Shown: piece by piece, positions 48,301-61,974 of the stretch
Numbering within the stretch: the first letter of the stretch is position 1
Layout of the letters: every line of letters starts with the position of its first letter
Assembly (NCBI RefSeq): GCF_001194135.2
Contig: NC_068988.1
Span: 27,977,823-28,041,822, forward strand
Length of the DNA: 64,000 bases
Direction of reading: 5' to 3'
Origin: Octopus bimaculoides
Taxonomy: Eukaryota
Program-made: the position numbers and the translations under genes
Notes under the pieces: model-generated
The model's database searches: none
What the model was told of the DNA's origin: nothing
The model's input: the letters and a program-made list of their open reading frames with translations, nothing else

Positions 48301-50700
48301 AGCAAGCAATGACTGATAATTAAAATCGTTCAATTCCCCTTGTTGTAAACGTATTACAAGTATTGTTTGTTTAATTAATTTGTGATATTAGGAAAGGCTC
48401 TCTTGTTTGCGGGCCTGTTTCATAACAACAGTGAAAAACTGACAATCTTCAGTTTTAATTTTACTTCAACGTTGCAGTATCATAGTTCTAGCATTTTCTT
48501 ATTTTTGATAGCATTTTTTTAAATAAGAATTTCTAATTTAAAACTATAGAGCTTGCTTTTCAAAATAGACATTGTTAAGCTAACAATGTAATTGATGCCT
48601 TTTATAAATATTTTTTCTGACTTATTGGCTTTTAACGTTTTTCCTCTTGTTTTCTTATGCAGCAAATGCTATCAAACTTTAGGTAACAACTGTCTTTAAT
48701 ATAGTCTATATATTGTCAGATAATCTTTTGATTATTATATCCTAAATTTATATAGAATATTTATAATAGTTAGCATTTTCTCTATCTAAAAGTTATAAAG
48801 TGGCTTTTGTCAATAAACTCCACATATAATTTTGAGATGTTTCTCCTACAAAAACACTGGAATAAGTTTGATATCTTAATCCTTAATGCGCTGCCGATTA
48901 AATTTTTGCATATTAAAATGCAGATATTGCAAATCAGTTCTCATAGCCTCTCTCTATTATCAAGTAAAAACAAAATGTGCATTATTATATCATATGAAAT
49001 GTGGAGAATTTCAGAAAGTACTCCCACTATCAAAATGAATAAACTTACCTCCCATGTCTCGAATCCTGGTGTATGGGACTGAGTTGATTCCTGCAAAGTA
49101 AGGGTTAAAGAAAATTGGCAGTTGTTGAAATGATGTTCTAAATATTCTCCTGCTATTTCAAGTATTTCATTCTCAATCTAACAAAAACTTACGTGGTCAT
49201 ATATTTTGGATTTTTTTTTTAATTCATTTCGATCATAAATTTATTTTTTTACACAGCAGATAACTTTCTTCGACTGCATACCTGTCTAGTAGTATTTTGG
49301 AGTAGGATTATGGTCAGTTTTGTAAATATAACTAATGTTCTTATGGTTTATGCATGCAAAATGTTAGAAATGTTCAAATCTGAGAGACGAAAGCATGATA
49401 GGGGGACAAGCACAGGTGTCTAACTATGAAAGAGATACAAGGCTACCCCACTTTAAACAAGTTAAATGAGCAATACTTACTGAGATATTTCATTTCTTTC
49501 CTTTTGTTGTTTAAATTTTAATTATTCTAAGTAAAATTAAATAATTATTCTTGTTTACTTTGATTGCAACCTCTTTCCTCAGATACACCAAAATGAAATC
49601 TAGTTTTAAAAAACCACAAAACAAACTTTGTGTAAATGTTCAATTTGAAAGGCAAATGAACTACCCAGACCTTTTTGTAACTTGCTGTGGTATGAAACAA
49701 AACAAAAAAAAAAAAAAAAACAAAGAAAAAAACTCCTTCCAATATTTACAACAGAAAATCATATAAAATATGAATACACTTTCTCAGATTCTAGAAATTG
49801 TATCAATTTCTTGTTTGTTTGTTGATGTTGTTTGTTTTTATTTGAAAGCATCTTTAAAATGAAAAATAGTGCAGCTGCATTTTGATGTGCATACTTCTCA
49901 AGTGCATTTCTGCCTGTATTAAGCAAACACCTATATTTTGTAAAAGATGCTTGGGTTCAGGTGCAAAGCTAGTCAAAAGAGACACCTCTGCCCCTTAGGA
50001 CTATGTACTATAATAATATGTTGACTTCTTTTCTGCTAGTGTACAATAAAGTTTAGGTGCCACTCTTCATTTAGCCAGAATTCAATGTGAATTTTTAAAA
50101 TGTAATTAATTAGGAATAATAATATTCTTTCTGAAGAACTCTGGGTTTTTCTATGATTTTACATTTTTTACAAGTCTTAGATAACAACAGAATTGTCTGC
50201 TGTTTTCTGCCTTTCAAGAGTGTTATAAAGAATTGGACACTTTGATCTTAATGAAATTCTTGTTATGTTACTCTTGTTTAGGAACTGAAAAAAAGTTAAT
50301 AATCAAAAAAGCAAGAATTTTTTAAACCAAATTTGGTATACAATTTATTTTTCATTTAAATTTTCCTGTGAGAATCTGTACATGTTTGAGCAATGTACTT
50401 ACAGACGCCACTATGTGACTTCTGTGTAGACTGTATGAAATGATTCTACTACGACTACTACTACTATTCCTGTATAATTTGCTACTGTTAATACTACTAC
50501 TTCCTCTACAAACTATTAATAGACGTGTGTGTGTGTATGAATATTGTAAACATTTGTACATAGTAATTACTAGACAACTTATTTATTCCAGATTGCCAGA
50601 ATTAACCATAAGTGTGTTTGACATCTATAAACAAGAATTAAAAAGTTGTCTAATCATAGAATGACTTTGTTTTCTCTTTTTTCTTTAATTTTTTCTCCTG
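43785..50700 (+). other. Putative long 3' UTR of the TRAK gene (end not defined)
   Basis: U-rich, nearly SINE-free stretch after the stop, with several AATAAA (e.g. ~46072, ~48813, ~50045); dense repeats resume at ~50850. Inferred. Confidence 0.35.
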
Positions 50701-52084
50701 TTTCCATTTCAGTACCATATCCTCTAATTTTTTTATCATGCTATTTTTAGAAAAAAAAAGAAAGAAATGGAAAGTGGGAACAACTTAAGCTAAGGTCTGG
50801 ATTTTTGTTTTGAACATCAGAGATTCACAATCCACCATGTAATGGGCTTCTTTCAGTTTCCCTCTACCATATCCACTCACAAGGCTTTGAACAGCCTGGA
50901 GTTATAGTAGAAGATACTTACCCAAGGTACTGCACAGTGAGACTGAACCCAAGACCACATTGGGTTGATAAGCAAGTTTCTCAACCACACAGCTACACCT
51001 GCACCAATGCTCTGTGAGTGAATTTGATAGATGGAAATTGGAGAAGGTCAGTTTGTGTGTGTGTGTGAATGTACATCAATGCTTATATATTCTATGTTTG
51101 TCACTCTTTGAGCAGAAAGGTACTGATTACTGATGTCAACATTCCTTGTTGACATTATGACCACTTTTGAAGACTGGATTAAAAAAAATCTCTTACTCTG
51201 AAAAACAGGTAAGAGTTGGTTACAGGAAGAGTGTCCAGCTGTAAAATTCTGCTGCAAATCTCCATCTAAACTTATGCTAAACAAATGAAGTCATTCTCAA
51301 ATGGCACTTCACAACGGATATCTGGGTAGACTACAGATTTTTGTTTGTAGGGTGAAGAATCTGACTTCCCAACCATAAAGTTTCAGGTTCAGTCCCATTG
51401 TTTGGCACCTTGAGCAAGTGTCATTCATTTCTAATATTCTGGAAATGGGTGAAGATTGGTGACAGGAAGGGTATCCAGCTGTAGAAAATTTGTCTCAATA
51501 ATCTCTGTTTGCTAAAATGGTAATGATGATGAAATTATTGCTGATTTTGAAAATCATGTTATTCATAATTTTGTTATCTATAAGTATCATTAACAAAGCA
51601 ATCAAGTTATCAATAGTTTAATATACTTTTTTTTTTAATTTGTAAAAGGTACCTGCATGTTTTTTTGTTCAATCTCAAGTGTAGTGTACTACAATGATCA
51701 AAAGAAGTGAGAAATGCTGATACAAGATGATGCAAGCTAATTTTCCACAGCCTTATCACAGAACTGTGGAGGCGCAATGGCCTAGTCGTTAGGGCAGCGG
51801 ACTCGCGGTCATAGGATCGCGGTTTCGATTCCCAGACCGGGCATTGTGAGTGTTTATTGAGCGAAAACACCTAAAGCTCCACGAGGCTCCAGCAGGGGAT
51901 GGTGGCGAACCTTGCTGTACTCTTTCACCACAACTTTCTCTCACTCTTTTTTGTCCTGTTTCTGTTGTGCCCCTTGTAATTCAAAGGGCCAGCCTTGTCA
52001 CATTCTGTGTCGTGCTGAATATACCTGAGAACTACGTTAAGGGTACACATGTCTGTGGAGTGCTCAGCCACTTGCACGTTAATA

Positions 52085-53241
52085 ATAGTTTACAATTTTG
52101 GCACAGGGTCAGTAGCTTTTAAGGAAAAGGGGAAGTCAAATAAATCGACCCCAGTGCTCAACTGGTACTTATTTTATCAACCCTGAAAGGATGAAAGACA
52201 AAACTGACCTTGGTGAAATTTGAACTTGGAATGTAAACGGAAGAAACCGGCAGCTGATCATTTTGTCCAACGTTCTAACGATTCTGCCAGGTCACTACCT
52301 TAATAATAATAATAATAATCCTTTCTACTTTAGGCACATGGCCTGAAATTTTTGGGGAAGGATGTAATCAGCTCCAGTACTTAACTGTTACTTATTATAT
52401 CAATGACAAAGGGAGGAAATCAAAATCATCTGTCTATGTTCTAAGCGTTTTGCTACCGATTCTTATTTCTTTATTGCCCACAAAGGGCTAAGCATAGAGG
52501 GGACAAACAAGGACAGACAAAGGGATTAAGTTGATTACATCAATCCCAGTACGTAACCGGTACTTAATTCATTGACCCCGAAAGGATGAAAGGCAAAGTC
52601 GACCTCGGTGGAATTTGAACTCAGAACGTAGGCAGACGAAATACCGCTAAGCATTTCACCTGGCATGCTAACATTGCCAGGTCACTCACTGCCTTTGCTG
52701 CTTTAATAATAACAATAACGGTTTCAAATTTTAACACAAGGCCAACAATTTCAGGGGAGGGAATAAATCAATTACATCAACCCCAGTGTTCAACTGGTAC
52801 TTATTTTATCGACCCCAGAAAGGATGAAAGGCAAAGTCAATTCTGGCAGAATTTGAACTCAGAATGTAAAGACGGACGAAATGCCATTGAGCATTTTGCC
52901 CAGCGTAGTAACAATTCTGCCAGATCGTCGCTTTCTTAATAAAAATAATGATAATGGCTTCTTATATTGTTACAAAGCCACAAATTTGTGGGATGGGGCC
53001 ATCAATTAGGTTGATCCCAATACCTGACTGGTGGCGAGCTGGCAGAAACATTAGCATGCCGAGCGAAATGCTTAACGGTATTTCGTCTGCCACTACGTTC
53101 TGAGTTCAAATTCTGCCAAGGTCAACTTTGCCTTTCATCCCTTCAGGGTCAATAAATTAAGTACCAGTTGCATACTGGGGTTGATCTAATCGACTGGCCC
53201 CCTCCCACAAAATTTCGGGCCTTGTGTCTAGAGTAGAAAAG
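52085..53241. mobile_element. Cluster of about 5 family A SINEs; the last (53033-53241, +) has a 14-bp TSD
   Basis: Repeated family A bodies with (AAT)n spacers; TSD aatacctgactggt at 53019-53032 and 53242-53255. Confidence 0.8.
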
Positions 53242-53713
53242 AATACCTGACTGGTACTCGTTTTATGAGTGCAAGGAAGTATGAAACACAAAATCAGCCT
53301 TGACAGGATTTGAACATAGAACATAAAAGATGTAACTAAGTTTTTGCAGGGTATTTTATTCATTTCTTGGTGTGTGGTCCATATTGAAACCAATATGAAA
53401 AGTTTATACTTTAAAGTTTTAGGCATAGACATGGCTGCATGATTAAGAAGCTCAAATTGTAACCCTATGGTTTCAGGTTCAGTCCCGGTGCATGGTATGT
53501 ATCTTCCCTGTGTATTTTTTGTGTTTGTCCTACACACACCACATGACTTCTGGTGTTGGTTTGTTTATATCCCTGCAACTTAGCAGTTCAGCAAAAGAGA
53601 ATACCTGGCTTAAAAAATAAGTACTGGTATTCATTTGCTCAACTAAAACCTATAGGGCAGTGCCCCAGCATGGCCAGAATTTAATGACTGAAACAAATAA
53701 GATAAAGATACTG

Positions 53714-53748
<35 letters not shown>

Positions 53749-54907
53749 TGCTTCACATTGTTCTTTAGTCTTCATTGATTTTTTTTCCATTCGTTTTCGT
53801 AGCCATTTTCATTCTTTATGAAATTACCTCCCCTTCTGCAGCTGACTTGCACTTTTAGTTTATTGTGTGTTGTTGAGTTTTGTCAAGCCTGTCATGTAAC
53901 AGCATATATTTGTGTATGTATTAAGTGTACCTAGTTGTGTATTGATGGTGGGGAGCATTCATGTATATGTGTGGCTGTGGGTCTAATTATGTGTATGCTT
54001 GTGTCAAGCTCCAACGTCTGGCTACTGACTTGGTAGATAGCCACAAAATTATCCACCATCTTTCCAACAGCACTTGTGGACATGCTTACAAAATCATAAA
54101 ACAACACATGACTTTTGGAAACATTTCAATTTCAAACTTATTTAAAAGCACCTACTACACTCTCGGAGTGGTTGGCGTTAGGAAGGGCATCCAGCTGTAG
54201 AAACTCTGCCAAATCAGATTCACCATCTGGTTCACCAGTCTCCAGTCAAATCGTCCAACCCATGCTAACGTGGAAAGCGGGCGTTAAACGATGATGATGA
54301 TGATTAGAACAAACTTACCCACCTTGGCAGGTTTACCAGGTTTTAAGGTCCAAAGCGATGCAGTAACAGTAATCAAGTTACCTGCAAGATTGACATGTGG
54401 TTGATGAGAATGGGTTTTTCTGGTAAAGAATGCCAGATCAGTCCTTCCTTGCTAAGAAGTTTATGCCTGCTTTTAGTGTTGCTAAACATAATCCGACTCA
54501 TGCCAAATACACATGGCACTCCATCAGTTATGACGACGAGGGTTCCAGTTGATCCATCAATGGAACAGCCTGCTCATGAATTTACATGCAAGTGGCTGAG
54601 CTTTCCAGAGACACATGTTACTCTTCACGTAGTTCTCGGGGAGATTCAGCATGACACAGATTGTAACAAGGCTGGCCCTTTGAAATACAGGTACAACAGA
54701 AACAGGACAAAAAAGAGTGAGTGAAAGTTGTGGTGAAAGAGTACAGCAGGGTTTGCCACCAACCCCTGCTGGAGCCTTGTGGAGCTTTAAATGTTTTTGC
54801 TCAATAAACACTCACAACGCTTGGTCTGGGAATCGAAACTGTGATCCTACAACTGCGCGTCCGCTGTCCTAACCACTGGGCCATTGTGCCTCCACCTGTC
54901 AAACACT

Positions 54908-56125
54908 AGGGCTTAGATGACTGTCATAATTTTTGAAGATTGGTTTTTTTTTTTGCAATAATTTTGCTTCAACAGTCAAGTAGGTATTGTAAAGAGAAGC
55001 ATATTCCATTTCAAGATTCAGTTTTAGGCAATGCTCCTGGTTACCCACAAAATGCCATTGCCTTTCACCATAATATCCTTGTTGCATACCTACCCATTAA
55101 TAGCACCTCTCTACTGCAACCTATGGACCGAACTATCATTCTTGACTTCAAATGTTACTACTAAAGGCATGTACACAGGCAGGGTGTAGCAGCAACAGAT
55201 ATGGAGGAAGGCACCACACACCATGATTTTTGGAAAATGTATGAGATATTTTTAATATCAGTGGCATGGCAAGATGTATCAGAAACATATACGAATACCA
55301 TAGGGAAGAGACGGTGAACAATGTCAAGGGTTTTGACATTTCTTATGTAAACAAAGAGTTGTTGGTGTAGTCGAAAGAAATGAATAGAGATGTAGCAGAA
55401 GAGGATATTGAGGCATTAATTGAAGCTTCGAAGCAGACATTTGCAGATAAAGATTAATGGAGCTTCGTGAACAGCAACAACAAGAGGAAGCACAGCAACT
55501 GGAACCAGAACCAAGACATCTCATCATCAATAAAATGCAGTAAGCTTTTATGTATATCATCCTCATCGTTTAACGTCCACTTTCCATGCTGGCATGGGTT
55601 GGACGATTTGACTGAGGACTGGTGAACCAGATGGCTACACCAGGCTCCAATCTGATCTGGCAGAGTTTCTACAGCTGGATGCCCTTCTTAACGCCAACCA
55701 CTCCAAGAGTGTAGTGGGTGCTTTTATGTGCCACCGGCACAAGGGCCAGTCAGGCGGTACTGGCAAGGGCCACGCTCAAAATGGTGTACTTTATGTGCCA
55801 CCTGCACAGGAGCCAGTCCAGCGGCTCTGGCAGCAACCTCGCTCGCATGTTTTTTCATGTGCCACCGGCACAAGTGCCAGTAAGGCTACACTGGTAACGA
55901 TCACACTCAAATGGTGCTATTTACATGCCACTGGCACAGATGCCAGACAGCTGCTCACAGAAATAATTCACTCTTTTCAAAGAGGTGAGTCCAAATGCTG
56001 AATGCTTTGCTAAAATTATTGGGGACATTCATGATGCTTATGTTCCTTGGGTTATCCTGGATGACAAGAAGAGTAAAACCATTCAAGGTACTCTAGACGA
56101 GTTCTTGCTGCATGCTGGAAGTTAA
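54908..56125 (+). pseudogene. Degraded Tigger/pogo (DDE_1) transposase, interrupted at ~55555-55950
   Basis: RA*MTVIIFEDWF, NAPGYP, YLPINSTSLLQPMD..II.DFKCYY, LMELRE, PNAECFAKI, KKSKTIQGTLDEF; multiple stops and frameshifts. Confidence 0.8.
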
Positions 56126-56890
56126 CGAACTGAAATGAAAACATTTGATTAGAAATTGATCTCTTTGACTTTGATTTCAAAACAGTAATCCATGCTTCTA
56201 GTCAATCAAGAACATTGGTGTCAACACTTAAATAAGTGTTTGCTTTTATTTATTATATTTTTCTTTCATTTTTGGTTCTTTTATAAATTTTTCTCAACAC
56301 TGTCTTTTATCATTTTTATTTGTATTTAAATGCTTAAAGCCATAATAAAAGTGAAATTCTGTTGGCCCAGGACCCCTGTATCTGTCTACATTTTCTCTCC
56401 ATAAACATATTATACCCTTTTGGAACCAGGATGATCCTGGGATAGAAAGTCTGCCCTTTGTTTGGTTCTTGAATATCCAGCACTGGGATCTGATTTAAAA
56501 TCGTCTGGGTTGCTATTTCTAGCAGGTAAAGCTTGACTGATTCATGCTATCTTGGTTGGCGTTTGTCAGATGACGTCAGAGATCAAGGGGGAGATAAATG
56601 ACATTTGCTTCGTTAATTTTATGTCACGACAAGAACTTTGGGTCAAATTGGCCAACAGTTGGAATTCAACTTAGGACTGGAACAATAGAATGATTGTATT
56701 ACAGAATTAATTCTCATCCATCCTTAATCTCTGATCAAGCACCACTGGGGCATATAGTCATTATAGAAGTATTATAGTCGTGCTATTTAGCTCTCTTTAG
56801 CTTTGGGCCATAGGTACAATTAGCCCTCCACAGGATCTAGCTTAAAAGTCCACACAGAGTGTGGCTTTTAAACTAGTTTATAATAAATGA

Positions 56891-57274
56891 GTGGAGGCGC
56901 AATGGCCCAGTGGTTAGGGCAGCGGACTCGTGGTCATAGGATCGCGGTTTCGATTCCCAGACCGGGTGCTGTGAGTGTTCATTGAGCGAAAACATCTAAA
57001 GCTCCACATGGCTCCGGCAGGGGATGGTGGCGAACCCTGCTGTACTCTTTCACCACAACTTTCTCTTACTCTTCCTGTTTCTGTTGTGCCTGTAATTCAA
57101 AGGGTCAGCCTTGTCACACTGTGTCACGCTGAATATCCCCGAGAACTACATTAAGGGTACACGTGTCTGTGGAGTGCTCAGCCACTCGCACGTTAATTTC
57201 ACGAGCAGGCTGTTCCATTGATCGGATCAACTGGAACCCTCAGCGTCGTAAGCGACAGGGTGCCAACAATACAA
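56891..57274 (+). mobile_element. tRNA-derived SINE family B, full length; other copies at 51766-52083 (+) and ~54510-54895 (-)
   Basis: A-box tggcccagtggttag and B-box ggtttcgattccc; TSD ataataaatga at 56880-56890 and 57275-57285. Confidence 0.85.
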
Positions 57275-57898
57275 ATAATAAATGAAAAGCAGTGAAGACA
57301 TTATAGGAAATTGTTTATAGCAGCTGGAAATGTTTTTCAATGAATATTTTAATGTATTTTTTCATGTTACATTGTTTCTTGAGTTAAGTTGCATGTCTTA
57401 GAACCAATTACCAACACAAGTTGCAGTATGCTTGTATTTCTAAATCTGCCATATTTTATTCTTGAAAATGTGAGAAAGCCATTTGTAACATTTAAGAACC
57501 ACAAAGACTATTTATTTTATATTTATTTCTTGAGGTGTCGGAATTTTCATCACATTTTTCGTGACCTGGTCCCTAACACAATTTCACTGCTCGTAGAATT
57601 GTGTCAGTGACTAAGGTTGGAGATGTACAAAGAAAATTTTCACAGTTGAGGAAATAAACAAAATATAAACATGACAGTGTCTGTGTGACATAATATGGTT
57701 CATGGCGCATATGACATAATTGCTTTTGTTTCAACACAAAATCTCAGTTCAAGTCACTAGCCAAACATGTTCAAATCTGAAATGTATAAATATACTATAC
57801 AGGTTCTTTTGCTTGCTTCAGTTATTGTGCTGCAGCCAAGCGGAAGCACAGCCTTGAAAGATTGAGTTGAACAAACTAAACTGTATTGAGTTTGCTTT

Positions 57899-58308
57899 AC
57901 TCTCTTACTCTTTTACTTGTTTCAGTCATTTGACTGCGGCCATGCTGGAGCACCGCCTTTAGTCGAGCAAATCGACCCCAGGACTTATTCTTTGTAAGCC
58001 TAGTACTTATTCTATCAGTCTCTTTTGCTGAACCGCTAAGTTACAGGGACGTAAACACACCAGCATCGGTTGTCAAGCGATGTTGNNNNNNNNNNAACAC
58101 AGACACACAAACACATACACACACATACATATATATATACATATATATAATGGGCTTCTTTCAGTTTCTGTCTACCAAATCCACTCACAAGGCTTTGGTT
58201 GGCCCGAGGCTATAGTAGAGGACACTTGCCCAAGGTGCCACACAGTGGGAATGAACCCGGAACCATGTGGTTGGTAAGCAAGCTACTTACCACACAGCCA
58301 CTCCTGCG
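57899..58308 (-). mobile_element. tRNA-derived SINE family C (CORE-like accttgggcaagt) with internal (CA)n; over 15 related copies, e.g. ~390-545, 8335-8740, 11740-12140, 15320-15720, 32460-32850, 40165-40490, 53430-53710, 61420-61590
   Basis: Recurrent tggctgtgtggttaagaag...ggttcagtcccactg...ccttgggcaagtgtcttctactatag. Confidence 0.8.
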
Positions 58309-61300
58309 CTTTATTCAACTATGATTTTAAAGTCTGATACTGGTGCTTATTCTGTCGGACTCCTTTGTTGAACCACTAGGTTATGGGGATGTAAACAAAT
58401 CCTCACACGATATCAAGTGGCGGTGGGGTCAACCACACACACACACACACACACATGGATGCGAAACCCTGGGTAACCCCACAGACCAGCAGTCATAACT
58501 AACTTTATCTAAATACTGTACTGCTCTATAACTTAGAGTGTGCTTCTCTTTTGGGTTTATGATTTACTTATGATATATATCATCATCATCATCATCGTTG
58601 TTTAATGTCTGCTTTCCATTCTGGCATGGGTTGGATGGTTTGACTGAGGACTGGCAAGCCAGAAAGCTGCACCAAGCTCCAATCTGATCTGGCAAGGTTT
58701 CTACAGCTGGATGCCCTTCCTAATGCCAACCACTCCAAGAGTGTAGTGGATGCTTTTTACATGCTATCAGCACGGCCTGTCAGGCGGTACTGGCATCAAC
58801 CACACTCAAACGGTGCTTTTTACGTGCCACCAGTATAGGAGCCAGTCAGGTGGCAATATATATATATATACATACATACATATCACAGGTTTCAACTCAG
58901 TCTTCTTCAACCAAATTCACTCTCAAGGCATTGGTAGGCTTTGAGCTATAGTAGAAAACACTTGTCCAATGCAGTGGAATTGAACCCAAAAGTTTGATGG
59001 TTGCAAAGCAAACTTCTTAACCACACAGGTATGCTTACACATATTAAATAATTGTGTGTGTGTGTGTGTGTGTGAGTGTGTGAGAGAGAGAGAGAGAGAG
59101 AAAGAAAGTAAAGAATACTACAATGAAAGAAAGTTTACCACTTTACATTTTAACCCTTTAGAATTCAGATTACTCTATCAAATGTAATATTTATTTAAAC
59201 ACATTTTTTAAAAATTAATCATGCTTTATCATATCGCTTTCAGATTTTGATGATTTTCCGATCAGCTGATGTGTAACCAACTGAATTAGAATCTTCCTAC
59301 CAAATACCGGGATGAACTTTCTAGAAATTCCATTGGATGTTACAGAAACAGGTAGTTTGAATTCCCAAACATGTGCTCTTTTCTGAGATGGTGCAGCATG
59401 ATTTAAGGGGTGTTTGGTAGCTGTTTCTAGCATAGCAAAGTGGATGTTAAATGATGATGATGATCATGACAATGATGATGATGATGAAATAATATGACCT
59501 CTGGTGCTTCAAAGAACTATGTCACTCAGTTCCATGATAGATGCTTTTTTTTTTTGTTCTACATAGGATGACCTGAGGTTCTACTGAAAGTTATGTCAGT
59601 CAGATTTGTGATAAGGTGTTCTCATTCTGTCTACTTAATTTGTTCTTAATAATTATGAGCTGTCATTATGCTATTATTTAGCATATCATGCAGTGGCAAT
59701 TTGTACTTTTTCTAGTTATTATCTCTTGAAAGCTGTTCTATTTATTCAGCTGTTGTATACATGTAAAATCAAATGTTCCAGGATAATAAAAATTAATGAG
59801 AGCTAATACAATATTGGTTTCAAATTTTGGCACAAGGTCAGAAATTTTGAAGGGAGGGGCTAAGTTGATTACATTGGTCCCAGTATTCAACTGGTGCTTA
59901 TTTCTTTAAACCTGGAAGGATGAAAGGCAAAGTCTACCCGTGGCATAATTTGAACTCAAGAAGACCTGTACTCTGTCGCAGAAGTGTTAAGACCAATCCT
60001 TCTGGTGGTGTAAAACACTTGTGGCAGTGCCACATAAAAGTGCCTGTGCGCTGCCATGTAAATGCATCCATATGGTGTCACGTAAAAGCACCCAGCACAC
60101 TCTGTAAAGTGGTTGGTGTTAGGAAGGGCATCCAGCTGTAGAAGCCGTGGCAAATCAGACTGGAACCTGGTGCAGCTCCCCAGCTTGCCAGCTTTGGTCA
60201 AGCCGTCCAACCCATGCAGGCATGGACAATGAAATGTTAGTATGCTGGGCGAAATGCTTAGCAGTATTTCGTCTGTCTTTATGTTCTGAGTTCAAATTCT
60301 GCCAAGGTCAACTTTGCCTTTCATCCTTTTGGGGTCGATAAATTAAGTACCAGTTGTGTACTGGGGTTGATCGAATTGACTGGCCCCTTCCCTCAACATT
60401 TCAGGCTTTGTGCCTAGAGTAGAAAAGAGTATTAGTGTGGCCATTATGAAAGCAAGCTGCAGCTCACCAACTGTTCTTATTTATCCATAACTATTTAACA
60501 AACTTAATACCACACTAAAGGATCATAAAAAAAAAAAATGTAAAAGCCAGTAATGATCCCTAAAATTTTAACATTACTTCTTATATTGCTGATTTGGTTC
60601 TCTAGCCTATGTTTTTTTTATTCTGTTATCTTCTTCAAAGTAATAACTAGAGTTACAAGTTCAAGCTGATATGATACTCAGAGATGAGATAAAACTAAAA
60701 AGCATCACAAAGTGAAGTTGATAATCCAATGTAGTAAAACTATTATCCTGAGCCTTCAAAAACAGAGCTAACAACATCATCATCATCATTGTTTAACGTC
60801 CGTCTGCTTTCCATGCTGGCATGGGTTGGACGGTTTGACTGAGGACTGGTGAGCCAGAGGCTGCACCAGGCTCAATCTGATCTGGCAAAGTTTTTACAGC
60901 TAGATGCCCTTCCTAATGCCAACCACTCCAAGAGTGTAGTGGGTGCTTTTACATGACACCAGCACGAGGACCAGTCAGGCGGTACTGGCAACGACCATGC
61001 TCAAAAGGTGTTTTTTACGTGCTACCTGCACAGGAGCCAGTCTGGTGGCACTGGCAATGACTACACTCGAATGTTGTTTTTCATGTGCCGGTAGGGCGAA
61101 TCTGGCAATGATCACGCTTGAATGGTGCTGTTCACGTGCCACCGGCATGGGAGCCAATCCATGGCCATGGCAACAAACACGCTTGGATGTGCTTTTAGCA
61201 TTCCACTGGCACAAGTGCTAATCAGGCGGTATTGTCATCAGCCACGTCAGGAATTTTGATTTGTTTACACTTGCCTCAATAGGTCTTCACAAGCAAAGTT

Positions 61301-61974
61301 CATTGTCCAATGAATGAGGGTCACAAAATGGTATTAAAAAAAATATAAAAATCAACTCAATCAAAAGCAAATCTGATGTGATTTGAAAGAAATATTTTTG
61401 AGTCAGTATAAAGGCATAGGTGTGGCTAAGAAGTTTACTTCCCAACCACATGGATTCTGGTTCAGTCCCACTGCTTGACACCTTGGACAAATGTCTTCAA
61501 CTATAGTCCTGGACCAACCAAAGCCTTGTCAGTGAATTTGGTAAATGAAAACTGAAAGCCTGTTGTATATGTATGCATGTGTGTGTATATGTTTATGTTT
61601 TCTTGTCTTGGAAAAGTGGACGGTAAATAATGATAATGGGTTGTAGTTCTCCATAGTAGAGAGGAACAGCCAACTGTCGGCTGGAATTAGGTGTGAAACT
61701 ATATGTTCAAGCTATGAACAATCACTTGAATGTGATGATTGTAGGTGTTCTAGCTTTTGGTCTCTGACAAAAACCATGATCAAGATGAGTGGTCAGGCAA
61801 CGATTTTTGTGACCAGAGCCATACGATAACTATTCCATGTCAGTTGATATCATAATGATTTCCTCTTTGGAGAATGACAATCCCTAAAATAGTTGAAAGA
61901 ATTGATATTTTTTTAGTTGTTTCCATCCACTGGTGGAACATAACCTGATTTTGTTATTGGTTGGTATATAAACC

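Larger units (their letters stand above)
24958..58095. other. Assembly gaps at 24958-25070, 38618-38965, 42423-42951, 44231-45056, 58086-58095
   Basis: N runs, mostly abutting microsatellites. Confidence 0.99.

Noticed and set aside
51766-57000. tRNA-like sequences at 51766, 54895 and 56891
   Set aside because: A and B boxes are present but continue into a shared SINE body with TSD; these are SINE heads, not tRNA genes.
60940-61240. Palindromic ~60-bp units resembling a CRISPR array
   Set aside because: Units are degenerate and contiguous with no unique spacers, lie inside a dispersed eukaryotic retroelement, and there are no cas genes.
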